DNA of 64,000 nucleotides from an uncultured Desulfospira sp. (GCA_963663165.1 OY760175.1:3840001-3904000), one strand, 5' to 3'. Shown: positions 19,027-28,481, counted from the first letter of the stretch. The notes: a model not told the origin generated them from the sequence alone. Made by a program: numbers and translations.

Positions 19027-19848
19027 ATGGCCATTATAACAATTACAAAAGCCTCATACAGCAGCGGTGAACAAATTGCCGAACGTCTCTCCAAACGGTT
19101 AAAATACCCCTGGATGGGAAGACGGGAACTGTTTGCCCGTGCGTCTGAAGATTTTCATTTTCCTGAAAAAGACCTGGTCGAGGCCGTGGAAGAACCGGCC
19201 AAGATCTGGCAGCAGGACCGTGAAAAGCAGGCGGCCAACTACAATTTAATCCGGGCAACCTTTCTCAAACGGTGCAGCGAAGAAAAAGGGAATCTCGTTT
19301 ACCACGGCCATGCCGGCCCGGAATTTGTCAGACGGATTCCCCATGCCTTGCGGATACTGGTGGTCGGAGAAATGGAATACCGGATTGAACAGGCCATGAA
19401 AATAGACGGCCTGGACCGGGACAAGGCGATTGAAACCATTCACAAAAACGACAAACGGGTCACCAAATGGTCCCAGCAGATGCATACCGTCAACTGGCGG
19501 GATTTCTCCTGGTACGATATGGTCTTTCACCTTGGCCGCCTGAGCGCCGAAAGCGCGGAAGAAGCGGTGGTTGGCATCATCGAATCCGGCGGGTTTAACA
19601 TTACGGAAGAGTCTAAAAAAGCCTTTTATGATGAATATCTGGGCAGCGTTGTCTGGACCAAGCTGACCAATAATGATGAGACCAGCAGCGCCGTTATTGA
19701 GACCATTGCCGAACATGGCCGGGTTACCATTTCAGGGGTGGCGCGCTCTAAAGAGCAAAAAGAGGCCATCACGGCTTTGACCGCTTCCATCGAAGGGGTT
19801 GAAAGTGTGCAGAACAACGTCGGCATCGGCGCCATCTGGCGCTCCTAA
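19027..19848 (+). CDS. Cytidylate-kinase-like family protein fused to a BON domain
   Basis: IITITKASYSSGEQIAERLSKRL degenerate P-loop, YDMVFH; C-terminal GRVTISG...IEGVESVQNNV BON pattern. Confidence 0.75.
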   Translation: MAIITITKASYSSGEQIAERLSKRLKYPWMGRRELFARASEDFHFPEKDLVEAVEEPAKIWQQDREKQAANYNLIRATFLKRCSEEKGNLVYHGHAGPEFVRRIPHALRILVVGEMEYRIEQAMKIDGLDRDKAIETIHKNDKRVTKWSQQMHTVNWRDFSWYDMVFHLGRLSAESAEEAVVGIIESGGFNITEESKKAFYDEYLGSVVWTKLTNNDETSSAVIETIAEHGRVTISGVARSKEQKEAITALTASIEGVESVQNNVGIGAIWRS

Positions 19849-20028
19849 GCAAAAAGCGTTAAGGCCTTTCCTAAAAAAGAGGCCGGACATGAATTGTGCC
19901 GGTATCTTAACGGTGCTGGATGGATCTGTTTTTTAAACCATGAAGAACAAGGAGAGCATGAAGCAACAAATACTTCATGCTCTTCATGTTCCGGGTAAAT
20001 ATTTTGACTCATGAATTTGGAGATAAGT

Positions 20029-20547
20029 ATGATAAAACCCATTCAATCGATTCTTTTTGCCACAAATTTGAACAAAACCTGTATCCCGGCTCTTGAAATG
20101 GCCGCCGCCATGGCCACCCGGCATCAGGCCACCCTGGTGCTGATGCACGTGGTGGAACAGATGCCCGAATACATTGAAACCCGCCTCAAAGGGCTGTTCG
20201 GCGAACAGGAGTATGAGGATATGGTTCAAAAAAAATCCAATACCGCCCGTGCGGCCCTGATCGGCAAAATCTCTGCTTCCGGCCTTGTCCGGGAGGCCCT
20301 TGAACAATTTTGCGCCAATGCCGGCATAGATGATGATGCCTGTGATTACCAGGCCAGGGAAATTGTGGTGACCGGGGGCAATCTGGTGGAAGAAATCATT
20401 GCCACCTCAAAAAAATACGATTGCGGTTTCATTGTCATGGGGGCAAGAGAAGGGTTCCTTACCGACAATTCCATCGGCCATACCATCAAATCGGTCATGC
20501 GCCGGTCTAAAATTCCGGTAATGATGGTCCCCCCGCCCCAGGAATAA
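20029..20547 (+). CDS. Universal stress protein
   Basis: ILFATNL, LVLMHVV, IVMGAR...IG...VMRRSKIPVMMVP. Confidence 0.9.
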   Translation: MIKPIQSILFATNLNKTCIPALEMAAAMATRHQATLVLMHVVEQMPEYIETRLKGLFGEQEYEDMVQKKSNTARAALIGKISASGLVREALEQFCANAGIDDDACDYQAREIVVTGGNLVEEIIATSKKYDCGFIVMGAREGFLTDNSIGHTIKSVMRRSKIPVMMVPPPQE

Positions 20548-20565
20548 TGGGCTTGTTACAGGTAA

Positions 20566-21213
20566 ATGGGGATGGATAAAATTAAATTAGATACCGTTTT
20601 ATCCCGGGTTGGGAGGTTAAAGGAATATGCCAGAAATCAGATCATTTATCGGCAGATGGAAGAACCTTCCGGACTCTTTTTTATCAAAAAGGGCAAGGTC
20701 AGAAATTATATTGTCACTGAAGACGGAAAAGAGAAGACCTGTACCATATCCATTGAGGGGGAATTTTTCGGGCTGGCCTATTTTTTCGATGACGGATTAA
20801 ACGATACATCGGCCCATGCCATGGAAAAGTCCCAGATTTATACCATCGGCCATGACGGGATGGAGCATATCTATCGCCATGAGCATGATGTGGTGGTACA
20901 GATCCTCAAATCAATGGCCCAGAAAATGCGGTTCCTCTCTTTTCAGATGACCAGCCTGGCCTTCCTGTCTGCTGACCGGAAAATTGCACAAATGCTGGTT
21001 CACCTTGCCGAGCGGTTCCATCCCCCAGAGCCGGACCCGTTCCCGATTACCATCAACTGTACCCATGAAGATATCGCCCTGCTGTCCAGCACCTCCCGGA
21101 CAACGGTTACCCAGGTGCTCAACGACCTGGAAAAAAGGCATCTGGTTTCAAAAGGATACCGGTCTGTCATTATCCATGATCTGGAAACCATGAAACGCAT
21201 TATTTTTGAATAA
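20566..21213 (+). CDS. Crp/Fnr family transcriptional regulator
   Basis: cNMP domain (LFFIKKGKVR, GEFFG) and HTH (THEDIALLSSTSRTTVTQVL). Confidence 0.92.
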   Translation: MGMDKIKLDTVLSRVGRLKEYARNQIIYRQMEEPSGLFFIKKGKVRNYIVTEDGKEKTCTISIEGEFFGLAYFFDDGLNDTSAHAMEKSQIYTIGHDGMEHIYRHEHDVVVQILKSMAQKMRFLSFQMTSLAFLSADRKIAQMLVHLAERFHPPEPDPFPITINCTHEDIALLSSTSRTTVTQVLNDLEKRHLVSKGYRSVIIHDLETMKRIIFE

Positions 21214-21222
21214 TCGGCTGTA

Positions 21223-21318
21223 ATTGTCGTCTTCAGTACAGTCATGGCGCCCCGTTTCTGAGAAGATGATAACCATCAGCATAGCAAATTAAAAATTTAA
21301 GAAGTTCCCGGCAATAAT
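21223..21318 (+). promoter_or_regulatory. Conserved upstream element copy 2 with Crp/Fnr-like TGT-N10-ACA site
   Basis: Matches 15240-15322; TGTCGTCTTCAGTACA at 21225-21240, directly after the Crp gene. Confidence 0.7.
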
Positions 21319-21345
21319 CTCTTTTAATGATAGGAGTACCATCTT

Positions 21346-23931
21346 ATGCCCAGTCAAGACAAAGAGCACGAGATTGAGAAATCAATATTCAGAGGGCTTG
21401 GCTTTTGTTCAATCACCGCAGATGCCAACAGTGTCCAGGTGGACTGCAACAAAGGCAAAATCATCCGAATACGCCCCCTTCGCTATGATTTAAAATACCC
21501 GGACATCACCCCATGGGAAATCAAAGCAAAGGGAAAGAGTTTTTCCCCGTTGAAAAAATCACTGATTCCCCCCTACAGCCTGGGATACAAGAACCGGGTA
21601 TATTCCCCCAACCGGGTTCTGTTCCCCATGAAACGGGTGGACTGGGACCCCAATGGCAACCGCAATCCCCAGAACAGGGGAAAAAGCAAATACGAGCGGA
21701 TCAGCTGGGAAGACGCCATTGAGATCATGTACAACGAAATCAACCGGGTAAAAGAAACCCACGGTATGGAGGCGATCCTGTCCCAGTCCGACGGCCACGG
21801 GGAAACCAAATGCGTCCACTCGGCCCATGGCTGCCACAGACGGTTGTTAAGCCTTCTGGGCGGATACACCCTCCAGACCCGGAATACCGACTCCTGGGAA
21901 GGCTGGGTATGGGGCGCCAAACATGTCTGGGGCTGTGAGAACTTAGGCGAAATGGTACCGGTCAACAACGTTATCGAGGATGTGGCCAACAATTGTGACG
22001 CGGTCTTCTACTGGGGCTGCGACCCTGAGACCACCCCCTGGGGCTTTGACGGACAGCTGGCCAGCCGCATCTGCTACTGGTTTACCGAAGTGGGTGTTAA
22101 ATCCCTTTATGTGTGTCCGGACCTGAACTACGGGGCAGCGGTTCATTCAGACAAGTGGGTTCCCATCTACCCCAACACCGACGCCGCCCTTTACCTTGCC
22201 ATCGCTTACATGTGGATGATTGAAGGCACTTACAACAAAGAATATATCAAGACCCACGCCGTGGGATTTGACAAGTTTGAAGAATATGTCCTGGGCAAAG
22301 AAGACGGGATTGCCAAAACCCCCAAATGGGCCGCTGAAATTACCGGCATTCCCTCTTACACCATCAAGGCTTTGGCCCGGTACTGGGGAAAGAAAACCGT
22401 GTCCATTGCCATTGGCAACGGCGGCCCGGGCATCCGGGGACCCTATGCCACGGAACCTGCCCGGCTCCAGGTGCTGCTGCTGGCCATGCAGGGTCTTGGC
22501 GGCCCCGGGGTTCACCAGTTCAAAATGATCGAATGGGGCATTTACAATAAAAAGCACAATATCCCGTTGCCCCCGCCGTCCAAATATATCCCCGTACTTT
22601 TGGACGCCAACCGGGGATGGAAGTATCAGGATACCCCCCGGCAGTTTATTCCCAAAAACCGGATCCACGACGCCATCCTGAACCCGCCCATCACCTGGTA
22701 CGGCACAGGCCTGTCTCGGGACAGTGTAGAACAGCAGTTCATCCCCTACAAATATCCCCTTGACGATGCCCCGGAAGTTCACATGATCTGGACTGACTCC
22801 CCCTCATGGATGAGCTGCTGGAACGATACCAACATGCTGGTCAAAGCATTTAGAAGTGAAAAAATTGAATTTATTGTGGCCCAGCATCCATGGATTGAAA
22901 ACGACTGCCAGCTGGCCGACCTGATCCTGCCCTCGGCCACGGTCATGGAAGTTAAAGACATTGGTGTGGAAACTATGAGCGGCCAGTTCTCCTGCGTCTT
23001 TTATGAAGACCAGGCCATCCGTCTGCGGGGAGAATCCAAAAGCGATTATGAAATCGTCTGCGCCATTGCCGAGCGGTTCGGCATCCTGGATGAATACACC
23101 CAGGGCAAAAGCGTGGATGAATGGATTGAACGCGGCCATGAGACCTCAGGGGCCGGCGATGAAATCACTTTTGAAGAGCTCAAGGAAAAAGGCTACTACG
23201 TGGTTCCGCCCGACACCAGCGAACGGGGAACCAAGGCCGGAAAGTACGAATTCTATGAAGACCCGGAAAAATATCCCCTGTCAACGCCGTCGGGAAAAAT
23301 CGAGTTTTACTCAGAACGGCTGGCCACCCATTTCCCCGATGACAACGAACGTCCGCCGGTGCCCCGGTATATTGCCTCAGGCGAATCCCATCAGGAAGAC
23401 CGCTTAGGGCCCCGGGGAAAAGCGTATCCGCTGCTGGTGGTCTCCAACCACCCCAAATGGCGGGTCCACTCCCAGCATGACGACATGACCTGGCTTAGAG
23501 AAATCCATACCTGCAAGGTTAAAGGTCCGGACGGCTACCAGTACGAACCGGCCTGGCTCCACCCGGTGGAAGCTGAAAAAAGAGGCATCAAAGACGGCGA
23601 TGTTGTGATCATCCGCAATGAGCGCGGTAGTGTCATGGCCGGTGCCTGGGTTACCGAACGGCTGCGGCCGGATGTGGTTTACATTGACCATGGCGCCCGC
23701 TGGGATCCCATTGTCCCGGGCGAACTTGACCGGGGCGGTGCCATCAACACCATCACCCCCCATAACGTGACCTCAAAACATGCCGGCGGCATGGTGAGCA
23801 GCGGCTTTCTGGTTGAGGTGGAAAAAGCCGACTTGGATGAGCTGCGCAAGCAATATCCGGAAAGCTTTAACCAACCCTACCATGACGGGGCAGGACTGCA
23901 CTCACAGCGCATTATCAATGGAGGAGAGTAA
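21346..23931 (+). CDS. Molybdopterin oxidoreductase alpha subunit, transhydroxylase-related paralog 4
   Basis: QSDGHGETK, NTDSWEGWVWG, SNHPKWRVH, DRGGAIN. Confidence 0.9.
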   Translation: MPSQDKEHEIEKSIFRGLGFCSITADANSVQVDCNKGKIIRIRPLRYDLKYPDITPWEIKAKGKSFSPLKKSLIPPYSLGYKNRVYSPNRVLFPMKRVDWDPNGNRNPQNRGKSKYERISWEDAIEIMYNEINRVKETHGMEAILSQSDGHGETKCVHSAHGCHRRLLSLLGGYTLQTRNTDSWEGWVWGAKHVWGCENLGEMVPVNNVIEDVANNCDAVFYWGCDPETTPWGFDGQLASRICYWFTEVGVKSLYVCPDLNYGAAVHSDKWVPIYPNTDAALYLAIAYMWMIEGTYNKEYIKTHAVGFDKFEEYVLGKEDGIAKTPKWAAEITGIPSYTIKALARYWGKKTVSIAIGNGGPGIRGPYATEPARLQVLLLAMQGLGGPGVHQFKMIEWGIYNKKHNIPLPPPSKYIPVLLDANRGWKYQDTPRQFIPKNRIHDAILNPPITWYGTGLSRDSVEQQFIPYKYPLDDAPEVHMIWTDSPSWMSCWNDTNMLVKAFRSEKIEFIVAQHPWIENDCQLADLILPSATVMEVKDIGVETMSGQFSCVFYEDQAIRLRGESKSDYEIVCAIAERFGILDEYTQGKSVDEWIERGHETSGAGDEITFEELKEKGYYVVPPDTSERGTKAGKYEFYEDPEKYPLSTPSGKIEFYSERLATHFPDDNERPPVPRYIASGESHQEDRLGPRGKAYPLLVVSNHPKWRVHSQHDDMTWLREIHTCKVKGPDGYQYEPAWLHPVEAEKRGIKDGDVVIIRNERGSVMAGAWVTERLRPDVVYIDHGARWDPIVPGELDRGGAINTITPHNVTSKHAGGMVSSGFLVEVEKADLDELRKQYPESFNQPYHDGAGLHSQRIINGGE

Positions 23932-23933
23932 CT

Positions 23934-24758
23934 ATGGCGAAAGTATTAATCTTTGATGTAAATAAGTGCAACGGCTGTCATAACTGCCAGATCGCCTGCA
24001 AGGATGAACACTGCGGCAATGACTGGCAGCCCATAGCCGCCCCGCAACCGCTGACCGGCCAGTTCTGGTGTAAAATCCATGATAAGGTAAGGGGCCAGGT
24101 GCCCAAGGTCAAAGTGGCCTATACCCTGAACATCTGCCGGCATTGCGACGATGCGCCGTGTATCGGTGCCTGCGCTGATGAAGCCATCTACAAACGGTAT
24201 GACGGCATTGTCATCATCGATCCCACCAAATGCACGGGTTGCCACTCCTGCTTAAAAGCCTGTCCTTACGACGATGTGATCTACTACAACGACACCCTGA
24301 ACATTGCCCAGAAATGCACCCTGTGTGCCCATCTGCTGGACCAGGGTGAAAAAGAGCCCCGTTGTGTAGAGGTCTGTCCCACGGACGCCCTTGTTTTTGC
24401 CGAGGAGAGCGAGGCCAAAGATCTGTTAAAAGATGCCGAAGAACTTCAGGGTTCTTTTAATACCAAACCCCGGGTCCACTACCGCAACCTTCCCAAACGG
24501 TTTATTGCCGGCCTGATCTATGATCCGGACAAGGATGAGATCGTTGAAGGGGCATCGGTAACCGTGACGGCCTCGGACAACAGTGAAGTGGTCACCCTTT
24601 CCACCGATGAATTCGGCGATTTCATGAAAGACAGCCTTGAGAAAGGTGTTTACACCCTGACCATTGCCAAAGAGGGATACAACAGCCGGACCATTGAAGC
24701 CGATGTGGTTGACAAAGACATAAACGTAGGGGATATCCCCCTTTATGCGAACAAGTAA
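23934..24758 (+). CDS. Fe-S beta subunit with four [4Fe-4S] motifs
   Basis: CNGCHNCQIAC, CRHCDDAPCIGAC, CTGCHSCLKAC, CTLC...CVEVC. Confidence 0.9.
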   Translation: MAKVLIFDVNKCNGCHNCQIACKDEHCGNDWQPIAAPQPLTGQFWCKIHDKVRGQVPKVKVAYTLNICRHCDDAPCIGACADEAIYKRYDGIVIIDPTKCTGCHSCLKACPYDDVIYYNDTLNIAQKCTLCAHLLDQGEKEPRCVEVCPTDALVFAEESEAKDLLKDAEELQGSFNTKPRVHYRNLPKRFIAGLIYDPDKDEIVEGASVTVTASDNSEVVTLSTDEFGDFMKDSLEKGVYTLTIAKEGYNSRTIEADVVDKDINVGDIPLYANK

Positions 24759-24776
24759 CCGGGAAGGAACCAGACC

Positions 24777-25079
24777 ATGAGAGCGATCATCAATATTTTC
24801 TCTAATTATCTTGCTGAAAGTACCGGCTGGCGGGCAAGGGCCATTTCCGTGGAAGGCAAAGAGGCATCATTGAAATCCATTCTGGAAAACAGCCCTCTGG
24901 AAAAAGCTCAGGGCACCCTCCATGAGCTTTTGAGCGCCGGTGACACCTTTAAGGATGATATATCCATTTTTATCAAAGGAGACCTCTACTTTGGGGACAA
25001 AGTAGACGTTCATACCATGATAAAGGACAATGAACAGCTTCATATCGGGGATTGGCCATTTGAGGTCAGAGACGGATGA
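24777..25079 (+). CDS. MoaD/ThiS-like beta-grasp protein with atypical C-terminus
   Basis: 100 aa, ISIFIKG...TMIKDNEQLHI..WPFEVRDG; ends in DG rather than GG. Confidence 0.55.
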   Translation: MRAIINIFSNYLAESTGWRARAISVEGKEASLKSILENSPLEKAQGTLHELLSAGDTFKDDISIFIKGDLYFGDKVDVHTMIKDNEQLHIGDWPFEVRDG

Positions 25080-25262
25080 TTAGCAGCTGTTGGCTATTAG
25101 CTTTTAGCTGTTAGCCGTTAGCCATTAGCTTTTAAGGGATGACGGCTGTCAAGAAATTTGCTGGAAAAGAAAAGCCATACGGCTTTCTTAAAAAAGGGTT
25201 AAGGGGAGTGAACACAATGTTCACCCTTAACAAATTAAAACATATTGATAAAGGGGGTAACA

Positions 25263-25802
25263 ATGGAAAACAACGCACAGAAAAAATCATGGCCGCCCGG
25301 AGATCTGCCTTACGCCCACAACAGTATGGATCTTAAAAGCGCTGTGACATTAATGGAAGGTGCCCAGAACAAAGCCCGTGAGCTGGGATTTGCCATCACC
25401 ACGGCCGTTTGCGATGCAGGCGGGAACCTGGTTGCGATTCAAAAGATGGATGATGCGGCCCTGCTTACCCTGGAAATCGCCCAGAACAAAGCCAAAAGCG
25501 CTGTTTATGGAAAGATGCCTACTGCACTGTGGCAGCAGTCTTTTAAGGGGCCCTCTGCGGAACTCATCCCCCTTTATTTTCACAGTGACTGGATCACCTT
25601 CATTGGCGGATTCCCGGTCATCATTGACAAGCAGCTCATCGGCGGCTTCGGCATTTCCGGCGCCACCTGGGAAGACGGACTGATTGCCAGGGCCGGATTA
25701 GAGGCCTTAGGGGCCGAGACCCAGGGGGTTGACAAATGCCTGGAAATCATGGGCCCCCCAAAAGAGATGCCCAAACTGCGGTATACCTTTCCGGGATGGT
25801 AA
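25263..25802 (+). CDS. GlcG/HbpS family heme-binding protein
   Basis: AVCDAGGNLVAIQKMDDA, AQNKAKSA, GGFPVI...IGGFGISGAT..D. Confidence 0.88.
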   Translation: MENNAQKKSWPPGDLPYAHNSMDLKSAVTLMEGAQNKARELGFAITTAVCDAGGNLVAIQKMDDAALLTLEIAQNKAKSAVYGKMPTALWQQSFKGPSAELIPLYFHSDWITFIGGFPVIIDKQLIGGFGISGATWEDGLIARAGLEALGAETQGVDKCLEIMGPPKEMPKLRYTFPGW

Positions 25803-25871
25803 ACACCTTCACCTGAATGGAACCGGTCACGATCAACCGGAACCGCATGAAACTTAATTTTTTAGAACCCG

Positions 25872-25915
25872 TAAAGCGCATAGAGGATCTCTTCCTTTAT
25901 GCGCTTTATGGTTTT
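25872..25915 (+). terminator. Intrinsic terminator ending the cluster
   Basis: TAAAGCGCATA / TATGCGCTTTA stem followed by GGTTTT. Confidence 0.6.
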
Positions 25916-25952
25916 AATTCAAAGGCACAAAAAACGTTCCCACCCTGGCTAT

Positions 25953-27491
25953 CCCTACAACGTGACTTATATTTAATATTATTATTTTAGTTAACATAAT
26001 CTGCTATACTCCGCAATATAACTTTTATATAGGAGGTAGAGTATGTTGCCTGAAATCCGAAAAGATGAGTACCTTTATCCTATCCCCAAATTTGATATCT
26101 GTGAAGGGGATGTAAAAAATTTTTTCAATGAACTTAAAGGGTTTCATGAAATTTTCCACGACTGTTTTCATCGTTCTGAGTCAAGGGAACATTTTTTCAG
26201 GTATATGGCTGGGCAATTTAGTGACCTGGAAAGAAAATCAATTGAACCCATTGCTCTGGCCGTTGAAGATGGCAATGTTAGGGCAATGCAGCGTTTTATT
26301 AGCGATGCTGAATGGAATGGCGCCAATATTATGGCCAAGTATCGTAATCTCATAAATGAAGATATGGGGACACCTGATGGCGTTCTTATTTTTGATGAAA
26401 GCGGTTTTGTTAAAAAAGGCAATGAATCCATCGGTGTTGCCAGACAATATTGCGGGAATGTCGGCAAGGTTGAAAACAGCCAAGTGGGTGTTTTTGCAGC
26501 CTATGCTTCCCCAAAGGGCTACGGATTGATTGATAAACGACTGTTTATACCTGAACTATGGTTTAAAGACGATCACAAACAGGGAAGAAAAAAGTGCAAA
26601 CTGCCTGAGTCTGTTTCGTTTAAGACAAAACCGCAATTGGCTTCCGAAATGTTGAACGAACTCGCAGAAGAAGCCATCGTGCCGGTTAAGTATGTTACCG
26701 CGGATTCATTGTATGGCAACAGTGATGATTTTATTGAAGCTGTTGAGCAACATCCGGATTTGACCTATTTTGTAGAAGTTCCTTGTAATACTCAATGCTG
26801 GTTTAACAGACCTATTACCGTTGAAAAAACTTACAAATACAAAGGAGAGCAGCGTACAAAAATAGTTGTTGAAAAATCCTCCAAAAAGCCGGTCGATGTC
26901 AAAACTATCGCAAAAAATATAAATGATTTTTTCTGGTACCGCCGGAAAGTATCTGAAGGTACCAAAGGACCTATTGAATATGAATTTACCAAAAGACGAG
27001 TGGTACTTTCCAAAGGAAACACGCCTACAAAATCGGTGTGGCTGATCATGAGGCGAACCCTTGGGAAATCCCCGGATTATAAATTTTTCCTTAGCAATGC
27101 CGGGGTTAGTGCCAGATTAAAGCTTTTTGTATGGCTTAGTGGTATTCGTTGGGCAATTGAACAGTGTTTTGAGGAAACCAAGACTGAACTCGGCATGGAT
27201 CATTATGAGGTCCGTAAATACCCAGGCTGGAATCATCATATAATAACGTGCATGCTTGCACATTTTTTCTTGTGGCACCTGAAAATCAGGATGGGAAAAA
27301 AAAGCTCCATCTATTACAGTGTCGCAGCTTAGAATACTAATGGAGGTGGTTTTGCCATTGAGACCTTGTCATTTTCATACCGTTATACAATCGGTTTTGT
27401 ATTACCAAAGGCGCAATCACGCTGCATATCTATCGCATCGAAAAAGGAGGCTTCTTGATAGAAAGAATACACACTAAGTCACGTTGTAGGG
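25953..27491 (+). mobile_element. IS701-family insertion sequence, copy 1 (1539 bp)
   Basis: Perfect 17-bp TIR CCCTACAACGTGACTTA / TAAGTCACGTTGTAGGG; CTAT direct repeats at 25949-25952 and 27492-27495. Confidence 0.93.
26043..27332 (+). CDS. IS701-family transposase, with likely frameshift extension to 27477
   Basis: RKSIEPIA, IFDESGFVKKG..SIGVARQYCG..GKVENSQVGV, VTADSLYG, RWAIEQCFEETKTELGMDHYEVR. Confidence 0.93.
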   Translation: MLPEIRKDEYLYPIPKFDICEGDVKNFFNELKGFHEIFHDCFHRSESREHFFRYMAGQFSDLERKSIEPIALAVEDGNVRAMQRFISDAEWNGANIMAKYRNLINEDMGTPDGVLIFDESGFVKKGNESIGVARQYCGNVGKVENSQVGVFAAYASPKGYGLIDKRLFIPELWFKDDHKQGRKKCKLPESVSFKTKPQLASEMLNELAEEAIVPVKYVTADSLYGNSDDFIEAVEQHPDLTYFVEVPCNTQCWFNRPITVEKTYKYKGEQRTKIVVEKSSKKPVDVKTIAKNINDFFWYRRKVSEGTKGPIEYEFTKRRVVLSKGNTPTKSVWLIMRRTLGKSPDYKFFLSNAGVSARLKLFVWLSGIRWAIEQCFEETKTELGMDHYEVRKYPGWNHHIITCMLAHFFLWHLKIRMGKKSSIYYSVAA

Positions 27492-27679
27492 CTATAATGG
27501 CTTAGTGAATTTTATGTTCTATAAAATTGATTTTTGACCGCTAAATTCAGATACAACATATAGCGGTTGGTCGATTTATGAAAAAAACCGGAGTTTTAGG
27601 ACTTGGAAAATTCGTAGAATTTACCACCCTGTCTTTTGATCGAATTACCACCCGCCTGGTGAATGAACTCCAAAGATAG

Positions 27680-27712
27680 AAAAGCCCCTGAGTAAAGAGC
27701 TACTCAGGGGCT
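27680..27712 (-). terminator. Intrinsic terminator of the interrupted cold-shock gene
   Basis: AGCCCCTGAGTA / TACTCAGGGGCT stem with a U-tract on the minus strand, 27 bp after the csp stop at 27740. Confidence 0.75.
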
Positions 27713-27739
27713 ATAATGTCACTGGATTAAAATGGTATA

Positions 27740-27755
27740 TTAAATCACGGTCACA
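27740..27755 (-). pseudogene. Displaced 3' end of the cold-shock gene (V-T-V-I-stop)
   Basis: Minus strand GTG ACC GTG ATT TAA; joins in frame with GCA AAT at the other side of the transposon. Confidence 0.85.
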
Positions 27756-27893
27756 TGAGAATGGTCACAAAAAATCATGGAAAAATTGAAGATAATTTGC
27801 AAGATATGTCAGGTTTGAGGCAGAAGTTCCCCTGTTTATCTCGCAAATAATCGTGAAACTCCTGCCTCCCCACCCAATAACAGGGCAGGAGAT

Positions 27894-28481
27894 ATGCTAT
27901 CAGAAGTTCTGAAAAACGAAAGTTTTTTTTGGGATCTATACAAAATAGATCTGGCAACAGCCGAACGTTATAGACAGATGAAGTGCCCCCACTGCCAGGG
28001 ACCGTTGTATTATGCCAATTATCCGCGCAAACCCAGGGGGGAGCCTGAAGGGTTGTCTGAAGAATGTTTTTTACAATTCAGTTTATGTTGCGGAAGGGAA
28101 GGCTGTCGACGTCGTTTGATCCCGCCAACCTGCCGTTTCCTTGGTAAAAACATTTACTGGTATGCGGCCATTCTGACGATTGTGTCCGACTGGCAGAACC
28201 AATCTGTAGGTATCACGATGTCCAGGTTTGCTGAAACAATCGGTATCTCCCGCAACACCCTTAGCCGCTGGGTCAGCTTATTCAAAGAAATATTTCCAAC
28301 AAGCTCTCAATGGAAGAAAATCCGGGGCCGAGTACCTGCAAGCGTAAAAAATGATCGTCTTCCAGCAAGTTTGGTCAACTTCTATCTGCATCAACAGGCG
28401 TCCATCAAAAAAACGTTGATCTCCTGTTTGTCATTCTTGTCTCAAGGCAGTGAAATATCACAAAAAATAAGGGCCGGGTAA
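27894..28481 (+). CDS. Transposon orf1: Zn-finger plus HTH protein
   Basis: CPHCQG...CCGREGCRRR and HTH-like IGISRNTLSRW. Confidence 0.75.
   Translation: MLSEVLKNESFFWDLYKIDLATAERYRQMKCPHCQGPLYYANYPRKPRGEPEGLSEECFLQFSLCCGREGCRRRLIPPTCRFLGKNIYWYAAILTIVSDWQNQSVGITMSRFAETIGISRNTLSRWVSLFKEIFPTSSQWKKIRGRVPASVKNDRLPASLVNFYLHQQASIKKTLISCLSFLSQGSEISQKIRAG

Noticed and set aside
25085..25133. Heptamer arrays as a CRISPR array
   Set aside because: Units are 7 bp with no spacers, and there are no cas genes in the window
27617..27653. GAATT(T)ACCACCC direct repeats as an IS21-like end
   Set aside because: No partner end or associated transposase could be identified; the neighbouring transposon ends are already accounted for
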